Shown here piece after piece: positions 19,920-30,845 of a DNA stretch of 64,000 bases. The stretch is from positions 53,523 through 117,522 of the forward strand of contig DATJBS010000031.1 of NCBI GenBank assembly GCA_035515235.1. Reading direction: 5' to 3'. Position 1 is the stretch's first letter, and each line of letters opens with the position of its first letter. The notes below the pieces were generated by a model. The model saw nothing but the letters and a program-made list of their open reading frames with translations, was not told where the DNA came from and did not search any database. The translations under genes and the position numbers were made by a program. Source of the stretch: Chitinophagales bacterium (lineage in GTDB: Bacteria; Bacteroidota; Bacteroidia; Chitinophagales; JADIYW01).

Positions 19920-21116
19920 ATGCGCTGCAAGATAAATATTTTCATTCCTCTTTTTTGTTTGATTTTCGGACTACCTACACTTCATGCTAAAATCATGTGT
20001 GCAAATCATGTCGAAGAGCTTCAAGTGGGTGCTCAAAAGTTAGACGAGCTTTTGCCAAAATTGAAAAATAAACGAGTAGGATTGGTCATCAACCAAACTT
20101 CTACTGTGGAGCAAACTTTACTCATAGATACTTTAAAGCAATTAGGTGTAAATATTACCGCTGCATTTGCTCCTGAACATGGAGTAAGAGGAGAGGCGGA
20201 TGCTGGAGCAAAAGTCAATAATGAAAGAGATGCTAAAACAGGTGTTTTAGTTTATTCTATTTATGGTAGTAATAAAAAACCTACAGCAGAGCAATTGAAA
20301 AATATAGATGTTATAATTTTTGACATTCAGGATGTGGGCGCAAGATTTTATACGTATATCTCCACCTTGCATTATGTGATGGAAGCCGCTGCAGAAAACA
20401 ATAAAACTGTAATAGTCTTAGACCGTCCTAATCCAAATGGTCATTATGTAGATGGTCCAATTCTTGAAAAAGCTTATACTTCTTTTGTAGGAATGCATCC
20501 TATACCTACAGTGCATGGGATGACCGTGGGAGAATACGCAAAAATGATCAATGGCGAGAAATGGTTGAAAAATGGAGTGCAATGTAAATTAGAAGTGATT
20601 AAAGTGGATGAATATGATCATACATATTTTTATAATCTTCCCGTAGCTCCATCTCCTAATTTGCCCAATATACGTTCGATTTATTTATATCCTTCATTAT
20701 GTTTCTTTGAAGGAACACCTTACAGCGTAGGAAGAGGAACTAGTCAGCAATTTCAAATTTGGGGACATCCCTTATCATCTATAAAAGACACGAGCTTTAC
20801 ACCAGAAAGTCGTCCGGGAGCAACATCTCCACCATTATTAGGAAAGAAATCATTTGGAAAGTCCTATTTATCATTAAGTAATAGTGAATTGAAAAACTTT
20901 GGCTTGTCTTTACAACCGATTCTCGAAGCTTACCATTCGTATAAGGGAGATAGTTTCTTCAATAATTTTTTTGTGAAATTGGCAGGAACTAAAGAATTAG
21001 AAGAGCAAATAAAAGCTGGTTTAACTGAGGAAGAGATTAAACAAACTTGGCAGGAAGGATTAATGAATTTTAAGAAAATTAGAAAGAAATATTTACTCTA
21101 TAATGATTTTGAATAA
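19920..21116 (+). CDS. namZ: DUF1343 family exo-beta-N-acetylmuramidase (NamZ-like)
   Basis: IFDIQDVGARFYTYISTLHYVMEAAAENNKTVIVLDRPNP is a DUF1343 signature. A signal peptide is present. Confidence 0.8.
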   Translation: MRCKINIFIPLFCLIFGLPTLHAKIMCANHVEELQVGAQKLDELLPKLKNKRVGLVINQTSTVEQTLLIDTLKQLGVNITAAFAPEHGVRGEADAGAKVNNERDAKTGVLVYSIYGSNKKPTAEQLKNIDVIIFDIQDVGARFYTYISTLHYVMEAAAENNKTVIVLDRPNPNGHYVDGPILEKAYTSFVGMHPIPTVHGMTVGEYAKMINGEKWLKNGVQCKLEVIKVDEYDHTYFYNLPVAPSPNLPNIRSIYLYPSLCFFEGTPYSVGRGTSQQFQIWGHPLSSIKDTSFTPESRPGATSPPLLGKKSFGKSYLSLSNSELKNFGLSLQPILEAYHSYKGDSFFNNFFVKLAGTKELEEQIKAGLTEEEIKQTWQEGLMNFKKIRKKYLLYNDFE

Positions 21117-21122
21117 TTAGAA

Positions 21123-22325
21123 ATGTCTCAAAAGAACATTGCAGTTATTGGTGGAGGATTGGTGGGTTTGGCTACAGCTTATCAAATTCATCAGAAATTT
21201 CCTGCTGCACATATTATTTTGATAGAGAAAGAGAAAACTCCTGCACAGCATCAGAGTAGTCATAATAGTGGAGTCATTCATTCTGGTATTTACTACTTAC
21301 CCCATAGTTTGAAAGCTAAAAATTGTATAGCAGGTTATCGATATCTATTAGATTTTTGTAATGAAAATCAAGTTCCCTATAAAATCACGGGGAAATTAAT
21401 TGTTGCAGTTCGACCAGAAGAAGAACAAGCTCTAAGAGTATTGGAAAAAAGAGCAATAGAGAACGGATTAGAAGGTGTACAATTTTTAAGTGGGAGTGAA
21501 GCTAATTTGATTGAACCAGCAATAAAAGTTCATAGTGCTCTATGGGTTCCACAAACAGGTATCATTGACTTTAAAGTTCTTGCTACTAAATTTGTAGAAA
21601 TTCTATCTGCTAAGGGAGTTGAATTAAAATTTGGTCAAAAGGTTTCTGCTATTACTCAAAATGAAGGACAACTTATTATTCATACAAATCAAGAAAATGT
21701 AGAAGTAGATTTTGCCGTGAATTGCGCAGGGCTTTATTCTGATAAGATAGCACGAATGGCTGGAGCAGAAATTCAACATCAAATTATTCCATTTCGTGGA
21801 GAGTATTTTATGATCAATGAAAGAATTGCTCAGAAAATTAACGGACTAGTTTATCCTGTACCTCAACAAGGACTTCCTTTTTTAGGAGTACATCTCACTA
21901 GAATGATCAACGGTCAAGTAGAAGCCGGTCCAAATGCTATTTTAGCTTTTAGGCGAGAAGGATACCAAAGAGGTGCTTTTTCATTCAAAGACACTTGGGA
22001 GATTTTGAAATTTGTAGGATTTTGGAAAATGATTTTCAACTTTCGTCAAATAGGATTTACAGAGTGGAAGAAATCGATGTCTAAAAAAGCTTTTACTAAA
22101 ACTGTCCAACAGCTACTACCTGAAATAAAAGAAGAAGATTTGACTCCTGCAACTTCTGGAGTAAGAGCTCAAGCAATTCATGAAAATGGTAGCTTAATAG
22201 ATGACTTTTTATTAATCACTTCTCCAAAAATGATACATGTATGCAATGCACCTTCGCCAGCTGCAACGTCCTGCTTAGCTATCGGTGAAACAATTGCCAA
22301 TGAATTGAAAGTTCAATTAAAATAA
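21123..22325 (+). CDS. lhgO: FAD-dependent L-2-hydroxyglutarate oxidase-like
   Basis: IAVIGGGLVGLATA is a dinucleotide fold and HQSSHNSGVIHSGIYY is an LhgO-type motif. Confidence 0.75.
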   Translation: MSQKNIAVIGGGLVGLATAYQIHQKFPAAHIILIEKEKTPAQHQSSHNSGVIHSGIYYLPHSLKAKNCIAGYRYLLDFCNENQVPYKITGKLIVAVRPEEEQALRVLEKRAIENGLEGVQFLSGSEANLIEPAIKVHSALWVPQTGIIDFKVLATKFVEILSAKGVELKFGQKVSAITQNEGQLIIHTNQENVEVDFAVNCAGLYSDKIARMAGAEIQHQIIPFRGEYFMINERIAQKINGLVYPVPQQGLPFLGVHLTRMINGQVEAGPNAILAFRREGYQRGAFSFKDTWEILKFVGFWKMIFNFRQIGFTEWKKSMSKKAFTKTVQQLLPEIKEEDLTPATSGVRAQAIHENGSLIDDFLLITSPKMIHVCNAPSPAATSCLAIGETIANELKVQLK

Positions 22326-22331
22326 ACGATT

Positions 22332-23279
22332 CTAAATTAAATTTTTGGGTGTACCATTCAAAAAACTTTTAATATTGTCAGCAGCCATGTTTAAAAGTCT
22401 TTGTCTAGTATCTTTAGCCGACCAAGCATTGTGTGGAGTGACAATGCATTTAGGATGATGTATCAGAGGATTGATTTCTTTGGGTGGCTCTGCAGATAAA
22501 ACATCCAATCCTGCACCAGCAATCTGATGATTATCTAAGGCATTCAGCAATGCTTTTTCATCTATTAAATCTCCTCTAGAAGTATTAATTATGATAGAGT
22601 GTGAACGGAATAATTTTAAAGATTCTTGATTAATAAGATGTTTTGTGGCATCATTTAACGTACAATGCAAGCTTACAATATCGCATTGCTTAAAAATTTC
22701 ATGAGGATTGCTGACGAAATTCATTCCTTCGATGTGTTTGTCGGTTCTACTGTGATAATAAACCTCCATTCCAAATGCTTTAGCGATATAAGCTGTTTGG
22801 AGACCGATATTTCCTAAGCCAATAATTCCTATTTTCTTATTGAACAGTTCAGCCATCGGTTGACTCCAAAAACAAAAGTCAGGAGATTGATTCCATTTAC
22901 CTTCTTTGCAATCTTGATGATGACGGGCTACATGATTGGTCAATTCTAAAATCAAAGCAAATGTATGTTGCGCTACTGCATGAGATCCATAATTAGAAAC
23001 GTTAGAAGCGAGAATATTTTTCTGATGTAAATATTCAATATCTAAATTATTATAGCCAGTTGCAGTCAGTGAAATATATTTTAGATGGGGTAGAGTGTCA
23101 ATTAAATCTTGATCAAATACAACTTTGTTAACCACAGCAATATCTACATCTTTTAATCTTTCAACCACTTGGTCTTTAGAGCTTCTATCATAAACTGTCA
23201 ATTCTCCTAATACTTGAAGTGGACTCAAGTCTAAGTCACCTGGATTTAGTGTATATCCATCTATTACAACAATATTCAT
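22332..23279 (-). CDS. D-isomer-specific 2-hydroxyacid dehydrogenase (glycerate dehydrogenase-like)
   Basis: GIIGLGNIGLQTA NAD site, with the catalytic R/E/H context (NTSRGDLIDE, TPHNAW). Confidence 0.85.
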   Translation of the reverse strand: MNIVVIDGYTLNPGDLDLSPLQVLGELTVYDRSSKDQVVERLKDVDIAVVNKVVFDQDLIDTLPHLKYISLTATGYNNLDIEYLHQKNILASNVSNYGSHAVAQHTFALILELTNHVARHHQDCKEGKWNQSPDFCFWSQPMAELFNKKIGIIGLGNIGLQTAYIAKAFGMEVYYHSRTDKHIEGMNFVSNPHEIFKQCDIVSLHCTLNDATKHLINQESLKLFRSHSIIINTSRGDLIDEKALLNALDNHQIAGAGLDVLSAEPPKEINPLIHHPKCIVTPHNAWSAKDTRQRLLNMAADNIKSFLNGTPKNLI

Positions 23280-23547
23280 TGATGAAAAGTAATAAATTAT
23301 GATTGAAATCCTTAAAAAGTTACTTTTTTTAAATAAAATCGATACACTTGATATAACAATTTAAGTATTTTTTATAATGCTATAGTTTAGTAATCAATAG
23401 CTTATGTTATTTATATTTTTGATAACCTTTGTTTTACCATGTCACAAAATGTGTGAAAGTGATTTTTATGTTAGTTCAGTTTATCTTATTTTTGATGTAT
23501 CAATAACAATTAAAACAAATCACTAACCCAAACCCTCTTTTAGATTT

Positions 23548-23579
<32 letters not shown>

Positions 23580-23591
23580 ACCCAAACAAGT

Positions 23592-23629
23592 AAGCCTGCT
23601 ACGAGGGGTGCAGGCTTGCTATTTTTTTT
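23592..23629 (+). terminator. intrinsic terminator with no plus-strand ORF upstream
   Basis: Stem aagcctgc/gcaggctt (8 bp, 10-nt loop), then gcta plus T8. Confidence 0.65.
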
Positions 23630-23657
23630 AATAATTTGTTGTGTTAATGTGGGTTAA

Positions 23658-23798
23658 TTATGCTCCTGTATCGTCTGTGATAATAGGTTTAATGATTTTG
23701 CTAGTTGGAGATGATATCTTGTTGGATTCTTGATAGTTATTGTTGTCTGAGGAAAATAAACCTAAGAAAAGTGATAAGATTAATGCAAGAGTAGTCAT
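23658..23798 (-). CDS. possible small secreted peptide (46 aa, not in the ORF track)
   Basis: Manual translation gives MTTLALILSLFLGLFSSDNNNYQESNKISSPTSKIIKPIITDDTGA, with a hydrophobic N-terminus. There is no homology support. Confidence 0.2.
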   Translation of the reverse strand: MTTLALILSLFLGLFSSDNNNYQESNKISSPTSKIIKPIITDDTGA

Positions 23799-23988
23799 AG
23801 TGGTGTGTTTAAGCTTTTATCCTAATTGAATAAGTAAAGTTATATTTTGAATTTATGGACACGAAATCGTTTTTGACTTTTTTGTGACATAGTTAATTGG
23901 TCATTTTTATAATGGGATTTTTTTGTATAATACTATTGAGATTGCTTATTGTTCCATTTAGTTTTTGTTATTTTAGCAAGTTCGTGAT

Positions 23989-25491
23989 ATGGAAAGCCTC
24001 AAGGAGATTATAAAATTATTAGTTAAAAAGCGATTAGACAAGATTGAATTGATCGATGAAAACTTAATTAGTAATAGCGATTCCCTTTTAACGAAATATT
24101 ATTTAGGCTTAAAAAACGAAGAGATTTCTACTGATGATGAAGCTTTATTATACCTATATGGTGAAAATAATGCATTGAGTCAACAGAATTATAGAGCTTT
24201 AAAGTCTCGATTCAAAAATAGAATTTTTAATACTTTATATTTTCTAGATCTTAATCAGTCAAATATTCAGAATAGTTACCAAAAGGTTTTGTTTGAGCAA
24301 AATAAAGCCGTTCAAACTATTAATATTTTGAGAAGAAATGGTGCAGTAAAAAGTACAATTAGTATCATTAAAAATAATTTTAATATTGCTGTCATTTATC
24401 ATTTATATGACATTGCTAAGATTTATGCTTTCGAGCTAGCCAAACATTATGCTATGGCTGGTAAGCATAATAAGTACAAATTATACAGAGAGCATTTTGA
24501 TGATTTTGCCATTAAAGAAAATGCTATTCAGAATGCTACTCTAGCTTATTATCAAATTCAGTTTATTATTCATCATTCCCAAGGCAGAGCTAAAACAGTA
24601 AAACAGCAAGAGTCACTAGAGCAATTAATGTCTGAATTGAAAATCTATAGAGATCTAGTATACAGTTATGAAACAGAATATTTCTTTCTAAGATCAAAGC
24701 TTTTTCTATTTGAATATTCTGGATCATTGGATAATATTTTAGAGGTCTGTCAAGAGATTGAAAGGTTGAGCACTCAAGTTCAATTTCGTCAACCTGTTTG
24801 GCAGGGAGTAGCTGCGCTCTATAGGGCAAAAGCGCTTTTGTCTATGCAGAAATATCAAGAAGGAATCGAGTGTTTAAATGAGGATATTCATCTATTTAAT
24901 GAAGGTGGGCTCAATTGGTTCACTGCTAAAGAGTATAAATTGAAATTATATATGCATCAATTAGATGTTTTAAATTCAGAAAGAATTATCCAAGAAATTA
25001 CAAAGCACAAATCGTACAAACACCTACCTGAACATTATAAATATAGATTTTCGATTTATAAAATTTATGGACAATTATTGAAAGATGAATTATTGACGAA
25101 GGAGAATAAAAGGCTTAGGATTGCTAAACTTTTAAATAATGCACAAAGCAATGTCAATGATAAATATGGATTTTTATTGTCAATCAAAATAATAGAATTA
25201 GTAGAATCATTAAGAAATGAACGTTTTGATATTTTTTATGAGAAATGTATTTTACTCAAACGTTATTCTAGGCAGTACTTATCTAAAAGCAATACACAAA
25301 GAGAGCACATGCTCATCGAAATGCTTTCTAAAACACATCAGTATAAAAACAAAAAAGAGCTTGTGATAGAAGTTAATAAAGAAATCTTTCAGAGTTTAAA
25401 TTCTAACAGCGATTTACTTTTATTGAATGATTACGAGATTTTGCCTTATCAATTCATCTGGCAAATTATTTTAAAATACTTGCAAGATTAG
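23989..25491 (+). CDS. hypothetical alpha-helical (TPR-like?) protein
   Basis: Long uninterrupted 500-aa ORF with helical-repeat-like composition. No family was recognised. Confidence 0.5.
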   Translation: MESLKEIIKLLVKKRLDKIELIDENLISNSDSLLTKYYLGLKNEEISTDDEALLYLYGENNALSQQNYRALKSRFKNRIFNTLYFLDLNQSNIQNSYQKVLFEQNKAVQTINILRRNGAVKSTISIIKNNFNIAVIYHLYDIAKIYAFELAKHYAMAGKHNKYKLYREHFDDFAIKENAIQNATLAYYQIQFIIHHSQGRAKTVKQQESLEQLMSELKIYRDLVYSYETEYFFLRSKLFLFEYSGSLDNILEVCQEIERLSTQVQFRQPVWQGVAALYRAKALLSMQKYQEGIECLNEDIHLFNEGGLNWFTAKEYKLKLYMHQLDVLNSERIIQEITKHKSYKHLPEHYKYRFSIYKIYGQLLKDELLTKENKRLRIAKLLNNAQSNVNDKYGFLLSIKIIELVESLRNERFDIFYEKCILLKRYSRQYLSKSNTQREHMLIEMLSKTHQYKNKKELVIEVNKEIFQSLNSNSDLLLLNDYEILPYQFIWQIILKYLQD

Positions 25492-25518
25492 TGTATTTTA
25501 GACTTCAAAATTTCTGAG

Positions 25519-26529
25519 TTGAAAAAGATATTTTCTGTTTTATTGATATTGACAATAGCATTCTGTGGTATACTTTATCTATTGGTAATTCCTAGTGCAG
25601 TAAAAGGAGATAAAGAGGTGCTGATTAAAATTAGAAATACAGATCAGTGGGAACAAGTTCAAGAGCAATTATCTCAAAATGAAGATATTCGATATCCCGT
25701 ATTATTAATTTATTTAGCTAAAATATTAGATTACGATCAGAATGTACGACCTGGTAGATATGTGATTGATCAGAAACGTTCAATTTTAGATGTTGTAAGA
25801 AAATTAAGAAACGGACAGCAAGATCCTGTGAATTTTGTCATTAATAATATTACATATCCAGAACACTTAGCGAGCAGAGTCGCGCAGAAATTAGATATTG
25901 ATTCTTCAGCATTTATGAATTATATCTCTCAAACTGAAAATGCAGAGAAGTACGGTTTAGATACCAATAATTTTATTGGAATGTTTCTGTGTAATACCTA
26001 TCAAATTTATTGGAACATCAGTCTAGAAAGTTTTGTAGATAAGATGCATCAAGAATATCAGAGATTTTGGAATGATGAAAGAATGCAAAAAGCTGCTCAA
26101 ATTGGATTAAAGCCAGAAGAAGTGATTGTTTTAGCATCTATTGTTCAGAAAGAAACTAATTATCAACCTGAATTTGGAACTGTCGCTGCTGTTTATCTTA
26201 ATCGGATTCGAATTGGAATGCCATTGCAAGCAGACCCTACTGTGAAATATGCATTAAAGGACATGTCGATTAAAAGAATACTGAATAAAGATTTGCAAAC
26301 TGACTCTCCTTATAACACTTATAAAAACACAGGATTACCTCCTGGACCTATTGGTCTGCCGGAGTCTAATGTGATAAATGGAGTTTTAACTGCTCCTCTA
26401 AATAATTATCTCTACTTTTGTGCAGTCTTCGGTAGTGGCAAGCATGTTTTTTCTACTTCATATTCCGAACACTTAAATAATGCACGAGCATATCAGAAAG
26501 CACTGAATGAAGAAAAAATTTACAGATAA
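25519..26529 (+). CDS. mltG: endolytic murein transglycosylase MltG (YceG family)
   Basis: N-terminal TM helix; ASIVQKET, LQADPTVKY and YNTYKNTGLPPGPI are YceG motifs. Confidence 0.9.
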   Translation: MKKIFSVLLILTIAFCGILYLLVIPSAVKGDKEVLIKIRNTDQWEQVQEQLSQNEDIRYPVLLIYLAKILDYDQNVRPGRYVIDQKRSILDVVRKLRNGQQDPVNFVINNITYPEHLASRVAQKLDIDSSAFMNYISQTENAEKYGLDTNNFIGMFLCNTYQIYWNISLESFVDKMHQEYQRFWNDERMQKAAQIGLKPEEVIVLASIVQKETNYQPEFGTVAAVYLNRIRIGMPLQADPTVKYALKDMSIKRILNKDLQTDSPYNTYKNTGLPPGPIGLPESNVINGVLTAPLNNYLYFCAVFGSGKHVFSTSYSEHLNNARAYQKALNEEKIYR

Positions 26530-27412
26530 AGCAAAATCAATTCAGTTAAGCATTCTGAATAAAACTTACCCAGGATTTGAAGGAGTTTCCTTAAAAGTGG
26601 CATTATTAGGAGTAAGAGAAGAATTAAGAAACGATAATTTGATCATTAGAGCTTCGTCGATGTCTTTCTTTTTCTTTTTAGCGATTTTTCCAGCTATCAT
26701 CTTCTTTTTCTCGCTGATACCATACTTGCCAGTGGAGAATTATAACATAGTGCTGATGGGCTATTTGAGGGATGTTCTTCCAAGTGGCATCTTCGGAATG
26801 CTCAGAACGACTATCTCAGATATTCTAAGTATACAAAGGGGCGGAGTGACCTCTTTGAACTTTACGATGGCTTTGATATTTTCTAGTAATGGAGTCACGT
26901 CTATGTTGACTGCTTTTGACAAAACTCATGATAACTATCTTAAACGAAAGTTTCTGCAAAAACAATTAGCGTCATTCAAATTGGTGATTTTAGTAAGTTT
27001 TATGTTTTTGGTCTCTATTACCTTGATTATACTAGGAGAGCGGACCATCAAGAATATTTTAATCTATTTTGATTTCTATAATTTTTGGACATATGCAGTG
27101 ATTGTATTTCTTAAATATGTAATTGTATTCTTTGCTTTTTTCAATGTGGTGGCTTCAATTTATTATTATGGTCCATCTGTGAAAGAGAAGTTCAAATACT
27201 ATTCTGTGGGAGCGATTTTTACTACATTTTCTCTTGTTGTGCTATCTACCTTGCTGAAGTTCTATTTCAAGCTGTTTTCTAACTTTAATCAGCTCTATGG
27301 TTCTCTTGGAATCATCATTGTGTCCATGTTGTTTGTTTATTTAAACAGTTGTATTCTACTGATTGGCTACGAAATCAACAACAGTATTGCCAATAACAAG
27401 GTAAAAGAATAA
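26507..27412 (+). CDS. YihY/BrkB-family membrane protein
   Basis: RASSMSFFFFLAIFPAIIF and multiple TM helices. It overlaps mltG by 23 nt. Confidence 0.8.
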   Translation: MKKKFTDKAKSIQLSILNKTYPGFEGVSLKVALLGVREELRNDNLIIRASSMSFFFFLAIFPAIIFFFSLIPYLPVENYNIVLMGYLRDVLPSGIFGMLRTTISDILSIQRGGVTSLNFTMALIFSSNGVTSMLTAFDKTHDNYLKRKFLQKQLASFKLVILVSFMFLVSITLIILGERTIKNILIYFDFYNFWTYAVIVFLKYVIVFFAFFNVVASIYYYGPSVKEKFKYYSVGAIFTTFSLVVLSTLLKFYFKLFSNFNQLYGSLGIIIVSMLFVYLNSCILLIGYEINNSIANNKVKE

Positions 27413-27438
27413 TTTTTAAAATTTATTTCGCCAGACTA

Positions 27439-27470
27439 TTGTTTTTATAGTTTAGTTTTTACTACCTTTG
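27439..27470 (+). promoter_or_regulatory. Bacteroidota-type promoter for tRNA-Ser (TTG near -35, TACCTTTG -7 box)
   Basis: TAnnTTTG at 27463-27470 ends 6 nt before the tRNA 5' end, and TTG lies at 27439-27441. This matches the published Bacteroides consensus TTTG/TAnnTTTG. Confidence 0.5.
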
Positions 27471-27475
27471 CCCCC

Positions 27476-27563
27476 GGAGAAATGGCAGAGCGGTTTAATG
27501 CGGCAGTCTTGAAAACTGTTGACTGTTACAGGTCCGGGGGTTCGAATCCCTCTTTCTCCGCCA
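27476..27563 (+). tRNA. tRNA-Ser (anticodon UGA), CCA-encoded
   Basis: Acceptor stem ggagaaa/tttctcc, anticodon loop cTTGAaa, a long variable arm (tgactgttacaggtc), the T-arm ggGGTTCGAATCCcc context, and a terminal gCCA. Confidence 0.9.
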
Positions 27564-27566
27564 AAA

Positions 27567-27601
27567 AGTCCCTAGACATTAACGTTTAGGGACTTTTTTT
27601 A
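27567..27601 (+). terminator. intrinsic terminator after tRNA-Ser
   Basis: agtcccta/tagggact stem followed by T7. Confidence 0.75.
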
Positions 27602-27726
27602 TTTAGAATACTATTCAGATTTTTTCATTAATAAAAGATTAATTCATATTATAAGTTATAAATTAGCTAACATGAATGAAAATTATATATTTTCAGTTTC
27701 AGAAGTCGTAACGAATTAACTATACA

Positions 27727-30700
27727 ATGAATTTCAACGAAGACTCCCGAGTTAAAATACCATCTATATTACATTTGATTCAGTTAGGGTATACCTATCT
27801 TTCTTTGAAGGATATTATTTGGGATGAAAATACTAATATTTTCTCTTCGATTTTTAAGGAACAACTCCAAAAAATTAATATAGGTTTATCTGATAAGGAT
27901 ATTCAAAACACATATGATGATATTTCAATCTCATTAGAGAACGAAGATCTAGGTAGAGCATTTTATAAAAAGTTGATAGATCAATCTGGAGTAAAATTAA
28001 TTGACTTTGAGAATTTTGATAACAACTCTTTTCATGTGGTTACAGAGCTGCCATATAAAAAAGATGATGAAAGTTTCAGACCAGATATTATTCTGTTAAT
28101 CAACGGAATGCCATTAGTTTTTATTGAAGTCAAAAAACCTAATAATAGAAATGGTGTAAGAGATGAGCATACTAGAATGCAAAGACGTTTTCAGAACAAG
28201 AAGTTTCGAAAGTTCATCAACTTGACCCAGCTCATGGTGTTTTCTAATAACATGGAGTATAGTGAAGAAGATACTCAAATGTTAGAAGGAGCATTTTATA
28301 GTACTACAAACTACAAAAAACCAATATTCAACTATTTCAGAGAGGAAGAAAACTTTGACCTTTCAAAGATTTTAAAGCCAATTTCAGAAGAGGAAGAAAA
28401 TTTTGTATTACAAGACACCAATCTCTTAAGTATTAAAAATTCTCAAGAGTATTTATCAAATAAAAATCCAACTAAAGCTACAAATTCGATTTCTACATCT
28501 TTATTTCAGAGAGACCGCTTAAAATTCATTTTACGTTACGCTTTTGCATATGTGGAGGAAGAGCAAGGTTTGGAAAAGCATGTCATGCGATATCCTCAGA
28601 TATTTGCAACGAAGGCAATAGAAACTAAATTAGAAAGTGGAATCAAAAAAGGTATTATTTGGCATACTCAAGGTTCTGGAAAAACTGCTTTAGCTTATTT
28701 TAATGTAAAACATCTCACGCATTACTATCAGAGAAAAAATATTATCCCAAAATTTTACTTTATAGTAGATCGCTTGGATTTATTAATTCAAGCTGCTAAG
28801 GAGTTTACAGCTCGAGGATTGTTAGTTCACAAAATAGATTCTAGGGAAGACTTTAGTAGAGATATTAAGTCCACTCAAGTGATTCATAATGATTCCGGTC
28901 TAGCTGAAATAACGGTGGTAAATATTCAAAAGTTTAAAGATGATCCTGATGTAATAAAAAACAACGATTACAACTTAAGTGTTCAGCGTGTATTTTTTCT
29001 AGATGAAGTACATAGAAGTTATAATCCTAAAGGAAGTTTTTTAGCTAATTTAGAATTGGCAGATAAGAATTCTATAAAAATTGGCTTAACAGGTACTCCG
29101 TTACTGGGGTCAGAATATAATTCTAAAACAATTTTTGGTGATTATATCCATAAATATTACTACAATCTTTCTATTAAAGATGGTTATACTTTAAGACTTA
29201 TTAGAGAAGAAATTGAAACTAATTACAAGTTAGCATTACAAGAAGCTCTTGAAAATATTAAAGTTTTACAAGGGAATATTGATAAAAAGAAACTCTATGC
29301 TGATGACCGTTTTGTAGAGCCTATGCTAGATTATATTGTAAAAGATATGGAGCAAGCTAGAATCTCGATGAATGATAATACTATTGGAGGAATGGTAGTT
29401 TGTGATTCGTCGGAACAAGCAAAAATGATGTTTGAAATTTTCAAAGATAATTATGCAATTCAATCTATGCCTTATTATGCTCAAGCAGCTGAAGAACAAG
29501 CAAGCTATGGCGAAAAGAAAAGAGGATCTAGTAAAGTAAAGACAGCACAGGTAATCTTACACGACGTAGGTACTCCGAAAGAAAGAAAAGATTGGGTGTC
29601 TGACTTTAAAGCTGGAAATATTGATTTGCTATTTGTATATAATATGTTGTTAACTGGTTTTGATGCCAAGCGATTGAAAAAACTGTATATCGGTAGGCAA
29701 ATTAAAGCTCATAATTTATTACAAACGCTTACTCGTGTAAATCGAACTTATAACTCACACAGATATGGTTATGTAGTCGATTTTGCTGATATTCAAAAGG
29801 AATTTGACAGAACCAATCAAGATTATTTTAACGAATTGCAAAGTGAGCTAGGAGATGAGATAGAACACTATTCTAAATTATTTAAATCTCCAGAAGAAAT
29901 ACAAGAAGAGATTGAAGAAATAAAGGACATTCTTTTTAGATACAATACTAAAAATGCGACAGTCTTTGGAGATCAAATTTCAGAAATAAACGACCTGAAA
30001 GAAATACGACTAATCGCAAAAGCTTTAAACAACTCTAAAGAACTGTATAACCTCATTCGTCTGTCTGGTAATTTTGAATTATTAGAGAAATTAGATTTTA
30101 GAAAACTATCTATTCTATCTAGATTAACTAATGACAGACTTGCACTTATTAATACTAGAATTGCATTAGAAAATAATGTAAATACAGATAGTATTTTAAA
30201 TACAGCTTTAGAAGATGTGATTTTTGCTTTCACAAAAGTGAAAGAAGAAGAAATGGTTTTGGCGGATGAGCTAAAAGATGTTTTGGGTAAAACTCGTGAA
30301 ATATTAGCAGGCAATTTTGACCAAAGAGATCCAATATTCATTTCGCTTAAAGAAGAATTAGAACGCTTATTTAAAAAGAAGAATCTAACCGAAGTGACTA
30401 AGGAAGAAATGGAAGCTAATATTAAAGCTTTAGATGCCATTTACGATAAAGCAAAAAAACTTGAACGGGAAAACGAATTGCTGAAAGCTAAATACGATTA
30501 TGACGCCAAATATGCACGAATTCATAAGCGATTAATGGAAAAAAATCCATTGACAGAAAGTGAACGCAAGCTATTTGAAGCTTTAAAAGGTTTGAAAACT
30601 GCAGTAGATAAAGAAATCATGCAAAACTCGAAGTTGTTAGAAAATGAGAGTTATGTAGAAAAAATGATGATGAGATTAGTTGTGAATCAATTTAAAAATG

Positions 30701-30795
30701 AACAAAAAATTGACATCAATACTACTGATGTAAGACGTATTAATAGTTTGATAGTAAAAGAATATATGAACGAATACAATGGCTATGTTGCTTAA
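27727..30795 (+). CDS. hsdR: Type I restriction enzyme R subunit
   Basis: N-terminal nuclease region (RPDIILLINGMPLVFIEVKKP, a PD..ExK motif). SF2 helicase motifs are HTQGSGKT, FLDEVHRS and LTGTP, and the length is 1022 aa. Confidence 0.9.
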   Translation: MNFNEDSRVKIPSILHLIQLGYTYLSLKDIIWDENTNIFSSIFKEQLQKINIGLSDKDIQNTYDDISISLENEDLGRAFYKKLIDQSGVKLIDFENFDNNSFHVVTELPYKKDDESFRPDIILLINGMPLVFIEVKKPNNRNGVRDEHTRMQRRFQNKKFRKFINLTQLMVFSNNMEYSEEDTQMLEGAFYSTTNYKKPIFNYFREEENFDLSKILKPISEEEENFVLQDTNLLSIKNSQEYLSNKNPTKATNSISTSLFQRDRLKFILRYAFAYVEEEQGLEKHVMRYPQIFATKAIETKLESGIKKGIIWHTQGSGKTALAYFNVKHLTHYYQRKNIIPKFYFIVDRLDLLIQAAKEFTARGLLVHKIDSREDFSRDIKSTQVIHNDSGLAEITVVNIQKFKDDPDVIKNNDYNLSVQRVFFLDEVHRSYNPKGSFLANLELADKNSIKIGLTGTPLLGSEYNSKTIFGDYIHKYYYNLSIKDGYTLRLIREEIETNYKLALQEALENIKVLQGNIDKKKLYADDRFVEPMLDYIVKDMEQARISMNDNTIGGMVVCDSSEQAKMMFEIFKDNYAIQSMPYYAQAAEEQASYGEKKRGSSKVKTAQVILHDVGTPKERKDWVSDFKAGNIDLLFVYNMLLTGFDAKRLKKLYIGRQIKAHNLLQTLTRVNRTYNSHRYGYVVDFADIQKEFDRTNQDYFNELQSELGDEIEHYSKLFKSPEEIQEEIEEIKDILFRYNTKNATVFGDQISEINDLKEIRLIAKALNNSKELYNLIRLSGNFELLEKLDFRKLSILSRLTNDRLALINTRIALENNVNTDSILNTALEDVIFAFTKVKEEEMVLADELKDVLGKTREILAGNFDQRDPIFISLKEELERLFKKKNLTEVTKEEMEANIKALDAIYDKAKKLERENELLKAKYDYDAKYARIHKRLMEKNPLTESERKLFEALKGLKTAVDKEIMQNSKLLENESYVEKMMMRLVVNQFKNEQKIDINTTDVRRINSLIVKEYMNEYNGYVA

Positions 30796-30845
30796 TGGGA
30801 ACTGATAAAGCAACTATCACAAAACAACAGAAGTTATAAAGTAAA

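Noticed and set aside
29973-30440. 155-aa antisense ORF inside hsdR, with similar antisense ORFs at 3930..4241, 4392..4604, 5214..5444 and 5517..5861 in parC, 45730..46083, 47220..47525, 48234..48605, 31553..31816, 32115..32411 and 32904..33243
   Set aside because: All lie fully inside strongly supported genes on the opposite strand. They translate to Ser/Leu/Ile-rich low-complexity strings typical of shadow frames in AT-rich, Lys/Glu-rich coding DNA.
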